Below are positions 21,962-34,800 of a stretch of 64,000 nucleotides of DNA, in pieces. The notes beneath the pieces were generated by a model that was not told where the DNA came from, searched no databases, and worked only from the letters and a program-made list of their open reading frames with translations. The stretch's first letter is position 1. Each line of letters begins with the position of its first letter. The position numbers were made by a program, and so were the translations under genes. The stretch comes from Phoronis australis (Eukaryota > Animalia > Phoronida). The stretch covers positions 1,925,992 to 1,989,991 of the forward strand of contig NMRA01000012.1 in the NCBI GenBank assembly GCA_002633005.1. Direction: 5' to 3'.

Positions 21962-24323
21962 ATGCGTGCCACGTCTGGATTTGACTGAAAGACCTTTTTT
22001 AGAAAACTTACTGGGAACAGTCATTTCATGTACTGTGCAAATGAGAGTCTTTGTAGTATTATATAGTATTTTGTTGTTAATACATCTTAAACTTAATTGA
22101 ATACCATTGGTTTGAGTGATTGCAATTGTTAGTGTACAGACAATACTTTTGGAAAACATCTACTCTCATGTAAAAGAGCACTATACTCCCAACTCTTTTC
22201 TGTGTATTGGAGGTTGTCCATTCATTTGAAGTTGTGTTTACATCGATTTTACCATGTACCCTGCTTCGAATGTTAACAGCGATGTAAGTACAAACTTTCA
22301 AATCCCAAATTTGCCTTATTTATATGAGGTTATCTTTCTTACTGCAAGCTATTACGATGTCTGTTGTAACAAGGATCAGCTCATGGTGTTAAGCAAAATA
22401 ATCAGGTCAACTAAAGTACAAGCCACAAGTACGCAGACAAAATGATGCCATGACGGGTGCGTGGAAGCAGGATACATTGTCTGAGAAGTCTTTCACTCTG
22501 ACTTGGAATGAAGGGAAGTTAACAAGACTGTGTGTAAGGTGGCTAAGCCATTCTGCAGTTAGAATTGTGCCACCATGACAGTTATTATCGGTCGTTTTTG
22601 CCGTGAATGGAATTGGAAACAATATTTTGTCCGATTACTTTTGTTTTGTACTGTATGTACCTAATACTTCATCGATCAATGTAGGTTGTTTGTTCTTATG
22701 TAAAATTACTGTCAGTGATTACCACTTTGTTTTCCCTGTGTTATGTAATTGTGGCCACATCACTGAAAAGCATATGGAAGTGATGTCTGCATGATCAGGA
22801 GTGACTGTTGAGCATTAAAGTTGCTAGGTAACACCAACAGTGGTTAAGTCCAAGTGCGCAACTGCTTGTTATGCCAGTAGTGTTTCTGTTTGAAAACGGA
22901 TTTGTTCATTTTACTGGTACTCAAATCACTCTTGATAATCAATTCAACAATCCAAGGATTTAGGTGACAATTTCACTTAAAGGAAGTAAGTATATCTAGG
23001 ACCCAGTGGATGGTTGCATGAAACAGTCCCAAACAGGGTCTTGACTATATTCCTCAACTTTTCACCAAACTTGTGAGAACACTGATTATTCTTTATAATG
23101 CTGTTATAATCTCATTACTATGTTAAGTTTTGTGTTGATAGACACCGTGAGAAAACTCTATGTTGAATTCTCAATATTACTGAATTTAAATAGGGATCTT
23201 TTCATAAATGAAGGACTTACTCCCTCTTTATTCTCACTGAAATAAATTGTGTTTCAGTTTTTAGATATGTTATTAAAAATTGCCGTTAGTCAAAGAGGGG
23301 CTCGTAATCCGATAAAATTATAGAAAATTGTAACATTGTGAGTGAACAGAGACATAAATAGGCTGAACATTTTGGGAACTTTGAGTGCTTATTTGGGAGT
23401 GTTTTACGCAACTGATGTCTTAACTGTGATCTGGGGTACTTTGGCCATGAATTACTTGAGGCTGTTCATTAAATGTGTCTTAAGATTAGGTAAGTCAGAC
23501 TTGTGGTCTTATATGCTTAATACAACTGTTCATGAAAAATAAATTTCTGTGCAGTCTGAGAATATACACGTAGCCGCTAGTTACTGATAAAAAAAATCTG
23601 GTTGAATTATTTCTAGACTGTGATGTACTCATAATTACTGGCTAAACGTTTATTGGACAATTATGAAGTGGGGTCTTTGTTTCTTCTCATGAAGCAGGGC
23701 CCTAGATGTTTTGTTTGTGTCTATTTAGAAGGCGCCTGTCGCGATAAGTTGAGCAATTCCTTTTAAATTCAAAGATGTCCATTCAAAGATCTGCTTTAAG
23801 TTGATCCGTTTTACAACATATTGTTTAGGAGTATTTTTTTTTCAAAAAAAATATGTCACCCTCATGAACATTGGATACTTGACATTTCATACTTTATTTT
23901 GAGGCAGATGCCTCAGTCGTCTTTTTAATTGCCCTTTGACATAATTACGTGTATCCGTCGTTCATCAATTAATTGGAGTGTCCCATACACTCAGTCTTCT
24001 TTTGAGTGAGACCCCTCCCCGCTTGGCATTGGACCCAGGTTCTTGGCAAAGGCTATGCCTTTCATGTGAATATCTACTTGCGAGGAACAGTGTCTATCAG
24101 TAAGGTGAGAATGTTGTACTAAACATACTTTTTGTTAAATTGTAATGTACACCAAAAGGTTTTTATGCTGACTCAACTATAATTGTTAATGATGTCCTTG
24201 CCTGCATTTCCCCACCATCCCTATGTTGAAGCTATTTCAATGTCATGGAAATGTAGAGTCGAATTGTAAAATTATCGGCGTAAACCTTTTCTTTGTAAAG
24301 TTTATTATATACATAGTGCACTC

Positions 24324-24329
24324 AATAAA
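24324..24329 (+). promoter_or_regulatory. Candidate VPS4 polyadenylation signal (implies ~2.4-kb 3' UTR)
   Basis: AATAAA preceded by TGTA-rich sequence and followed by a GT-rich tract (ttgtgttccgttcctt); other AATAAA occur upstream, so the choice is uncertain. Confidence 0.4.
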
Positions 24330-24679
24330 AACAGGACTATAGACTTGTGTTCCGTTCCTTTGAATGCATTTGCTGCAGGAAGTGTTCAAACTTCCTTATG
24401 GTCATCTTTCAATGGCCCCTATTCTTGTGACTATCTGGATATGGCCTTCAGGTACGGACCCCGGGCCATGGACCACCACTCGCTGGCACCAGGTGAGTAT
24501 GGTACTGTACAGGTAACACAGATGTTTAACCGCTTTGAATGTTACCGTTAGTAAAATGCAGATTCTCGGTTATCTTGGAAAGACACTTGCCTCAACGTTG
24601 CTCTGTGCTGCGTTCTGTATACCCAAAACATTGGCTTTCACTTTCAAATGTCTCGTTAATTTAATTAGTACATCTCCTA

Positions 24680-24829
24680 CATGGGCGGCGCATCATAGGG
24701 GGCTGGGGGGCTATAGCCCCCCCACTTTTTCCATTGCTGCGCCATCCATGGTCTATAGGTGGCGCCACCACAGGGGGCTTAGGGGCTAGAGCCCCCCCCT
24801 CCACTTTTTTCAGTGCTGCGACGCCCATG
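24680..24829. mobile_element. MITE family A, copy 2 (opposite orientation)
   Basis: catgggcggcgca...tgcgacgcccatg; flanks tccta/tcata; internal sequence is the reverse complement of copy 1. Confidence 0.85.
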
Positions 24830-25619
24830 TCATAGTAACTCGACATTCCAACCTCACCGACCAGTCTATTCACTGGTCGCCATTTTGCTTGGTAGGAAAG
24901 TGAGCTTCCGAGCATTCTAGTGAACGCTCGCCTTTCGCTCGGCGCGTGATTTGGGAGATTTTACTTTGTGTCAAGAAACTTAGTGTACGGAACGATGCCC
25001 TGGAAGGCTATCTGCACTCTCTATGCAGCATAATGATAGAACGTGAAGTATACTGCCCAGTGAAAGGCAAAAAACAGTCGCTTTCGGGTGGATTCGGTTT
25101 TCTCTTTCCAACAAGGTCTACGGCGCAAATTTCGAACAAAAATAAAGCCAAAATTGTTCTTTTCTATTTTTCAAAAGCTTCTAACGTTATGAATGTCCAC
25201 AATTTCTAATAGCCATTGTCTGATGGTAACTACGGGTAAAGATTTTTATAAATGTTACAGCATTTATTTGGTGCTATTCATCGTAAAATATAAAATTTCA
25301 TTATAGTTGTCGCCATATACTGTGTTCTAAATCGGTGTTCCGATGCCTGGAACCATCGTTGGTGCGTGAACATGGGTTATTTTTGCCAAATTCGAATAGC
25401 GGGGTCACCAGTCCTGGCGACATCCCGTTAAAGGGGTGGCACAAAATTGGAGTCGACGACGCCGGGGGGTGGGGCCGTTGCGTCATCTTCCGCCACCCTG
25501 AACTTTCATTAGTGAGCAAAGCTCATAAGCTGGGATGTGCTTCAGCTACTATTTGGCGTAGTCGTGGTGTCATGATTGGTTTCAGTAACGATCCTACCGA
25601 GAATGTATGTACTTGCACC

Positions 25620-25742
25620 CACTGGCGTAGCCATGGGACGCACGACGGGACCATTCCTGTTCTTCGTTAAGTGCCCCAAGGTTGCCGGTAATTCTCGTTT
25701 GCCCCCATCTCCCTCTGTTAAATACTTACGGCTTCGCCAGTG
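25620..25742. mobile_element. Short MITE with 8-bp TSD (hAT-like)
   Basis: TIR cactggcgtagcc...ggcttcgccagtg; flanks cttgcacc/tttgcacc. Confidence 0.7.
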
Positions 25743-26115
25743 TTTGCACCTTTGTAATAAGTAATTCCGATAAAAGAGCAGCCAACTAAGCAGGTATTAC
25801 CTTTGCAGATAACAAAGATTACCCCTTTCCATGTTTCGTTGTCAGAGACTGGGAATTGTTTCGTATTCAAATTTATTGAGACGTTAACGACAATAAAACA
25901 AGTATTTTTTTAAATCTTGGTCACAGACTTCTATAAGTAAATAAAATGATAATTCAAGGCAAAAACGAAGTTGAAGTTAAACACAAAATTCTGTAGACTA
26001 CAAAGTATGTAAACGCTTAATGCTAAAATAAGCCAGATTACAGTCAAATAGAGTTCCCGAGATTTCTCTAAAAACATTCATTGTAAACGAATTTACTAAA
26101 TGCACTGTATCATAT

Positions 26116-26240
26116 CATGGGTGGCGCAACACTGAAAAAGTGGGGGGCTAAAGCTCCTCAGCTCTCTGTGGTGCACCGCCTACAGACTGAAAAAAGTGGA
26201 GGCTATAGCCTCCCCAGCCCCCTATGGTGTGCCGCCCATG
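26116..26240. mobile_element. MITE family A, copy 3
   Basis: catgggtggcgca...tgtgccgcccatg; perfect TSD CATAT at 26111-26115 and 26241-26245. Confidence 0.88.
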
Positions 26241-28890
26241 CATATACACAAGGATTGTTGCTGTTCTACTGTACTAACACGGTAACACCGTGACCACTGG
26301 TTACAACGGAAGAAGGGCCGTCAACTTTACATCTGCAGTGTGTTGAGTGGGTATTCTATTTAGCTCATTGTTAATTAATACGCCTCGGTCTCAGTTACCC
26401 TGAACGATTGCGGATAACGTACCGATGATTTGTAGATTTAACTTATTTCTTAAGGAGGTCGTGGACCGTTTTAAAATTCCAAAGCCAAGTAATGTGCGTT
26501 CCCAGCCTAAAATATAGTGGGGGGCTCCAATTCTTCAGTATGTGGAACTTTTACTGAAAAAACTGGGACTAAAAACAAAAAGGGGGTACTAGGTTCAGAC
26601 CTATGAATTGTGCATTCGCGCCGAATTCCTGTGGACTTTTGTCTCGTTTTCTCGGACTTTTCGTGTCTCTGAGATGGACCTTTTTAACCACTTCGCTCAA
26701 TGGGGAACCCCCTCCGCTGGGTGCGCGCATGCAAGTCGATCGGTGGTGTCATCTTAGAAGTTTCCGAGCGTCTACCAAAAACAGCACGGAGCGGCTGCAC
26801 GAATGCCTTATTAGCGTCATAGTAAGAACTATGTATACTAAGATGTTTGTGGATTATTTAGAGGCCTGAGACAATTCCAGACCCCATAAATTTATATGCC
26901 TCGAGTTCCTGAGGGCCCCTTTTTAGCATTCGTAGGAACATCTTGATTCGTCTGAAAGGAGGCTCTCAAGATGTTCTCACCACTCCTTCGTGCTCTTGAG
27001 GTGGGAGTAAGTATTTCGTGCATTTGTGGCGAGCCGTAAAACTCTTACTATTTGGAAAAGTTTCGAGGAGAAAATGTCACCATCTCTCAAAATGTATTGT
27101 TCCATTTACACCAACTTCCAGTTTATTGGCAAGACGTTTTGATCGGTCATTCATTCACCTGTCATCTTTGGATGTGGGTATGTGGTACACTCATGGTGGT
27201 CAATGGTGAGCACATTTTTGGGAGTAAAATACAAAATTTCCCAAGAAGTGTTCATCATTACCCAACGTGAGTACCCGTCACATACAGTATACGGCTCGTA
27301 CTCGTTCTAAGAGCGCCGTACGTAACACCTGAAGATGACCGGAGTAATGGCCAACGGTAATTTCAATCTTTCCAACTTGAACGGGCTATATAAGTTGGTT
27401 TAAAAAAACCTCGAGTTGATTTTGGAACTTAGTCGCACAAACGCCGGAAGAAGGTCGTCAGCATGATCTTTTCCCCCACGAATGTTTGCGAAATCTGACA
27501 TTTCTAAGAATTGAAAGATTCACTGCACAAGCTCATCATTCCGCAGAATCTTTGTGACCTATAGTAACTATAGTGGAACGAACAACAGCGAGACAATCAT
27601 TTTTCCTTAAAAGGAAATTACCGTTTTGATTTCTTTTTAATTTTCAACGACATGTACACAGTGTGCCTAAAATAAAACTACTGTAGTAACAATAATTCAA
27701 CTGGACATGTAACTGAGGTGTTACTAAGAAACATACACTATGAAGTATAACTTCATTTAATTGGAAAGTAAATGTCATTCTTACCAGATTCTGTAACCAT
27801 GTAACCTGCTGTGTAACCATGTAACCTGCTGTGTAATCATTTCACCATCGGGTTGGCTAGAGGAGTTGTGTTTACCAAGTCATTATTCACAACATTTTTC
27901 TACTAAACTGTTGCGCAAATCTTAAATATAACAAATATACGGTAAAAGATTCACGTATCTTCGTTTCTCACAAACTTTCACACTTCCTGGCAAAGAAACA
28001 CAACTGTTGATCCAAACTGCTTATCAAAATAAAGTTGGTCTCGATTTGCTCGTTGTTCATTGACAACGAGCGGCCAACTCCTTCCAAACCCAGAAATCAC
28101 GTACCGTATAGTCACGTATAATCACGGAACAATTTGAGACCAATTTCATAACGATATTGGTCGAAATTAAAAGTTGCTAGTGCTATTTCTAAAGGTTTTA
28201 TAGCCGTTTTAAAATGGGTCTTAATTTATATCCAGAATTTGACACATGATCATTGAAAATGACAGTACACGTTTCATAAAACAAAGTAATGATACGGATT
28301 CCTCATGTCAACAACAGTGAAAACTTTTATGCAATTGATCCTGAGCGCAAATCGTGCTGACAACTAGTCCCGGAACAATCTAAGCTCTGTACTAGAAACT
28401 AGACTTGAAAATGACCAATCCCTGATTTTCGCAGTGCCATATTGAAATTCACTATCTCGCCAGACGGCGATTAGGTCCCGAAATCGAACAAGAAACTTTC
28501 TCATTTTCTAAGGTACTTTCGTGTAAGCTCAAGATAAGTATCCAAGCTTGCAATTTCGAGTTTACACCAGAAACTTATAGTCTTAACGTTGGGTCATCAA
28601 GTGCAAACAACGTTTAGAATTAGAATGTTATTCACGGAAGCCAATATGAACAAAACATGAAATAATGAATGTCTTATCTTGAGATTGGACAGATGTAGAA
28701 TAGAAAATGTCAAAAAATAATTTCGATTTCGCTTTCGAGTAAAAAGATTAGACCTCGGACCCCTGGCACGTTTTGAGTAGGGTTACAAATTTGTAGTCAT
28801 TCTTGGTCAAGTTTCGAATTTGAGTCAAGTCTGACTTCGGAAATTAGTTTAACTGGGACCTGGTGACAAGGTACCATCCCACTGCAGCAG

Positions 28891-31800
28891 TTACGTCTCT
28901 TTCGACGTACGTCGCCTTTGTCTGGATTTTTCTCGTTTCAAGCTGGACGCCTCTGGGGATTGGAAAAGGTTTCCAAAGATGTCTTCGTGAATTCTTCCAG
29001 CATCCTATAAAACGACAACAGGTGAAGCTAATTAAAAGCACGTCAATAGGAACCCCAGGGGATGGTCATCTGTTTGGGGTAGGTGTAGCTGGGCTTCCAA
29101 ATGTGGGGCTAACAATTAATATCTCTTAGTTTGTTGAAAAGTACATGGCTACCTGTGTGATTCTGTTGTCTGCAATATGGCCGGTGTTCAAACATGACTG
29201 CGTTTTTGCGACAATGGCGCAATATTTATTGTCATGGGCTCAAAGCTCACACTGCACGTTAGTCTCTCGGGCGCACACAGTGTTGGCACCGCTTCCCGAT
29301 GCCAGAACTTTAACCCCGATCGAGGGGTTCGGATGGATAAAATATGCTGTTAATAAGTTGCTATTCTTAGTCAACACAAAGAAGTCATAGTTACTTTCAA
29401 CGGAGGAGGGGTACGGCATTAGAAAACCTTTGATTTTGCTTAACAAACAGCCTTTATCACCATTCTCATCTACTCTCCCCGATACGTCACGGTCGTTGCC
29501 GATTTTCCTCTCCTCGCAAGTTCGGATGGATCTCATGTGACCGAAATTTTCCTGGTCCCAAACCCATCAACACACCACCACCACCACCACCACCACCACC
29601 ACACCACCACCTGAATAAGATGTGTGTCACAGGTCTGCTTAACAATTTCAGAGGTGTTCAGTCCCAGTCCTTACCCTGAGACTATCTACGCGAGCCTGAG
29701 CGTGTACCGTAGTGAAGCCGCCCTCTTTAGCTATAATTGTCTCCAACGTCTGGCAGACATCGTTTGCCATTGAGACGTCACCACAGATATAAATGTGACC
29801 TTTCTTTGTAACCAGGGCGGAGTAGACATCCGACGATCGGGTTTGTAACATATGCTGAACATACGTCTGTAAAAATGACATCAATTAAATGTGTGACTGC
29901 ATTAAATAGTTCAAATTTACACACACACTTAGAACTGATAGACAAATGTATGGAGTGGTCCTAAATTAAGTGCGCTCAACAGCTAAGGTGACAGTTGCAC
30001 CTGAAACAAGTGGTTGAAGTTCGTTCACGCTACGTTTGCACGGATCAAATTCATCCAGATCAGCCTGCATCAAATCCTGAAGTGGAGAAGATTTGTGTTA
30101 ATTTACGATCCTCAAGCCAAATTATCTTTGAAAACACTGGCACTTATACTCCAGGGCTGAGAGTTGGTAGGTTGAACAACTTGCGCTTAGAAAGGATTTT
30201 GGAAAATGTTTTGTACAAGAAATTCTAGTTGCAACAACAACACTTTTATCATCGCATGTTAGAAATGAAACACAAGCGGTGATCATATCTACCTTGGGCA
30301 GAGCTATCTCTCTTGATAAGGCGACGTACACATTCTTCAGGACTCCATTTTGTTGTGCTTTTCTCAACTCGTCTTGATACAGCTGATCTTCTGATTTTCG
30401 ACATCCGAAATATAAACTGACCTCTCCAAAGCGACCTTTCTCTGTAACAATAAACAAATGAATAGTTTTTGGCAATGTCTACTTTGTGGTAATGAAGAAA
30501 ACTAAAAACTTTGCGGCTTCAATGTACTTACACCACGTCTGTAATATGTAGACCCAATGTAATTCAATGAGTATACTCGCAGTAAACGGTTAAATTTAAG
30601 TGTTCATAAGCTCGCACATATTAAAAATAGCAAACTACTAACCATTGGACCTGTTTAGGTCGACCTGTCGCTGTTGCCAGAATCCTCTGAACGGAGCAAT
30701 ACCAGTCCCTGGACCGACGAGAATTAGGGGCAAAGAGGGATCGGGCGGCAGGTGAAACGTGGATCTGCAAAATACATGTATAGGGCGATTTTAGGGCAAT
30801 CATCTAGTAGATTTAAGGAAAACGGAAAGTGCGAGGAAGAGGGAATTTATGCAAAATTGCAGATTTTATGAAGAAATATCTCGATAGCGTTAGATGTTTT
30901 AATCTACCGTGTTGCTGGTTCAGAAAAGCGTGGGTAGCATAGGCTTTCATATTCAAGCAATTTCAGGTCACGTACGTACTGCTAAAGAAGCCAGATACGG
31001 GACTAGACAAGTCACAGGAAAAGTGTTGTGAAATCAGCATTTGTTTATTAAAACAGAACACAGGAGAACCGTTGTCAAGACAACACAGACCGCCTTATGA
31101 AACAGGACACGCTATCTCCAGGTGAAAGCGAATTCAACCAGTTGGAGCAGAGGCCTTTCAGAAGCTTTCCAGTTCCTGTGAAATAATCAAGGTGAATCAA
31201 TCAGGTACGGAGAATAAAAGCAGGTATCATTTCATATAAAACAGAGATATACCTGGATCAGGAGTCTGATCTTGACATCTAATTTGAAATTATGTTTGGA
31301 ATTTCCTGTCCTGGTTGTCCGCAAAGTTGGTTCTGGACCGTTTGTTTCTTGAAAACCGAATCGATGCTAACTGTTTTCAAAAAAGAGAAATGCCAAGCGT
31401 TGAAATGCACTCACGTTGCACGGCAAATGGCACACTTTTGAGCATGCTCATTAGAATGATAAAATGGCTAACATATGGTGCAGAGTACGTCGAACCTGTC
31501 TGTAAAATGGAAGGCGTCATCGTATCTGTAACTGAAAATTGTTTGCCCCATTTCATGAAAATCCTTCGAGAACCTCAAACGATACAGAAGCCACTAGAAG
31601 GCAGAGCTGTTTGCATCCGTTCCTCTGTTGTCAAGTTAATGGTAATGCAAATTTCACAAATATCTTGTACTAGGTTAAGAAGTTTCAGTCGCAGATGCAA
31701 CACGCTTGAATAGGGGTGCACCACAGTCGTTGGACCCATCGCCTGATCAACGTCAGTCATGCTCCTGGCGGTGGGAACACATCAGCCAATTTTCATGACG

Positions 31801-34800
31801 GTTTGGCAGATACAGACGGGAATTTCAAAGATACAGAGGTAAAAAAAACAGCTACTAATGTATTTTTGAGGTGGTAGCTGCTTTTAAAACTTGGTAGTCG
31901 TGTTGATCGTGTGGACTGTTGATGATGACGATGGCGATAATGATGGTAATTATGATGATGATGGCGATGATGATGATGATGACGACGACGAGGAAGACGA
32001 TTATGATGATAAAGGTGAAAAGGATGTTTACTTTACCTTGTTGGCGATACTTAACTACCGCCACAGTCAAGTGGATTTCACAAGGATGCACGTCGAGTGA
32101 AGAACTGACGCTGTAGTAGCGGTACTTGAGCAACGGTAGCTGTGACATAAGAAGGGAGGCAGGAGGTCGCACTGACGGATAGGACTCAAGGAATTCTAGT
32201 AGAGTTGGCTGAACGGTGTAGCGCCAGTCTTCGTAACGGTGCTCGTCCTGGTTAAAAAAGTTCCTGGGTATACAACGTGTCTCAGCTACGAACTTACATT
32301 TCAAATAAAAGTAATAATTTTTACTTAGGAGCATGGTTACTCGTTTAAACTCATAAAGAGGTGAAAAAACAGGAATTAAGCCTTAATAAAGTCTTTATTC
32401 ATAGACTTGGGAAGAAGATTAATTGTCATTTTACTTCCTTGACGCTTTAAGTTTCCAGTAACACTGCGCGATAAATTGTCGTTCTCCAAACTTGAATGGT
32501 CTGTTAGCCATACCTGTGCACACAGAGCAAGTGGCGGCTCACGCGCCTACTTCATAGCAGTTTTAATTGTTATGAAACCACAGATTAATTTGATTTAATC
32601 TATGGTGTACGTCACGAGTTTAATGATGTCTTTAGCACTTTTTCAAAATCATACCATAAATATCAGCTCAATTGCTCTTTTCTCCTTTTCATCTGTCGCT
32701 AAGGACGCCAAATGCTTAAGAAGAGCAACCGATGGTGGACTCGTAATGTCCAGGTAATAGGTGAACACTTCTCGCAGATTAGTAGGAAACGGAAGTCGAT
32801 CAAATGGCTGCCACTTAGTCATCGCACCTGACAAGACAGTCAAAGTAAAGAGTAGAAATAAAAATGGTAACCTTACTACCCGCGCTATTAAACAGAATAA
32901 CTGGATGCTAAGTGTGCCTCTTAGCTTCAAGAGCAGCAAATTTGGTAGCAAAGCTCATTAGCTGACAAAGCACTAAATTTGAACACAAGTTCTTCTACAT
33001 TGCGCCCTCCTGTGGTTGCGTTTACACAGCGCTGGACTTAGTTTCGTGGACGCATGAATCTCGCGAATGAAGCTGGTGTCACAACGTGCATTCCTTCAAA
33101 TGCATGATGATGTCTCGGTAAGTGCTGCGTGATCTTGCGTTTTCGTAGGTTTTCGCGCACGTTTGCTAAAACGCGGAACAAGGAAGAAATTGTATAAGTG
33201 CACTTGCGTGGTAACCAAGGTCACAAGCATACGTGTGAGTTAAAGGCGAATGCCACGTATAGTCTTTTTTGCCGTCTTAATCGGTCTGTTTCCACATCGC
33301 CTCGCATACGGTCGACCTTACCTTGCCAAGAGGTGTCGCGTTAACTGTGAGGAAGGTGAGAAACGACGCTAGCGACGTCAGCGGTTCATATGCAGAGTGA
33401 ATGCCGCTATGTTGCGGTGTATCGTTCCCGCTTGTCCGAACTAAGCAGCCGCGAGGAAAGCGAGTATGTCGTTTTTTTATTTCCTCGAGAGTCCAAAATG
33501 CTTAAGAAGTGGCTCATGGTAGTGAAGTGAAATGTACGCTGTAAATAGCAAGTATGAGGCCGTGAAACATCTCCGTGTCTGTGGCCTGCAGACGACGGTC
33601 GACAGTGCCTCACGAATGCCGGCTTACCAAATAACTCCATACGTTCCGTTGTCTGAGCTTGTTCACGGCGCCTCTCTAGTATTTCTTCATCACTGTATTC
33701 CTGTTCGAATTGATAGCCTGTAAAACTTAACGATCCACCTGCGAAGTCGGTATTGATGAGCCGCTCCAGCTCGTCCTAAGTCGGGATTGCGAGTTGCCAT
33801 ATTGGAGTTTATTACTGAGCGTTCTGTTTCAAAATGAATTATTCTCACCCTAACCAATACTTATATAAAACTGAAACAACATCTGTCTCATTAGATGCAA
33901 TTTGTAATGCCTTTGGAGTGTTCGTGAGTGCACGAAATGATTTGAGAAGCCAGCAATAAAACTGATTGACGGGACACCGCGAGGCCGTGTGAGCTCATGC
34001 TAATTTAGTGTTTGCTGGCAGAAACTGTTGTGAAAAAACTCGATTTCCACTCCACGACCAGGTGTTAGGGAATCTTTATTTACATTTACATTACTCAAAT
34101 AATGATTGCCAATGTACAACTTCTGCCCTGACGGTGCTGTGGCCAAAGCGGAACTGAATTCGCTGGCCCCCGACGAGTAAGTAGATTTGCAGTTTCGTGG
34201 CTAATTCACCAACATAATCACGTGCACATTAGTTTGGCTCACTAGTATAGTATTTTCTTGACTGGAAGTTTAGTTTCCACTGGACTTTGGCTGGTTTGTT
34301 CGTGCTGTCTGATCAGTTTCCGAGCCACTGGCCGGGATAACGAGTCAATCCGGCCGGCCGCCACGGGCCTGATCGGGCCCCGAGCCCGACTGGCCAGGAT
34401 AACAAGCGTTTTGTGTTTAGAACTCAGAAAATCACAAGTCTAAACAACACAGATCTAGGTTCTCCTGTCTGTATCTCACGGAAAATACTTCGAAATTATC
34501 TCCGAACACACCCCAAAATCCTGCTACGGAGTTTCATTGGCCTGCCGAACTTTGTAGGCTACGGTGTGTCCAAATACCAATAAATCCGTAAGAGCGAAAT
34601 AAAATAACACGTTTTTGTAAGAACTCGGTGTATTTTTAAGGGTTTTACATCGAAGTTTGATGATTTATTGGTGCTAAACGATGAATCAAAGCGATAAGCT
34701 AACACAAGTAACCCGTGTTGTGAACTGCTGAACAGAATGCGTGTGAAACCGATGACGTAATTGGATAATTTCAACACCTCCGTCTGCTGTCAGGTGTCAG

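Noticed and set aside
29240-29610. Possible alternative NOS terminal exon ([12 protein letters not shown] loosely resembles HEDIFGVTLRT)
   Set aside because: The nearby acceptor opening at 29610 is out of frame with this ORF (reads VVVWWW... to a stop), and a proper HEDIFG exon exists at 29004-28891.
31415-31499. 85-nt AG/GT-bounded segment as candidate NOS exon 22
   Set aside because: Contains an in-frame TAG and has no NOS similarity; the true exon (GLCSNWLN...CFIR) is 31175-31091.
31855-32116. Poly-Asp, poly-Met and poly-Ile ORFs
   Set aside because: Translations of the (GAT)n microsatellite next to NOS exon 21.
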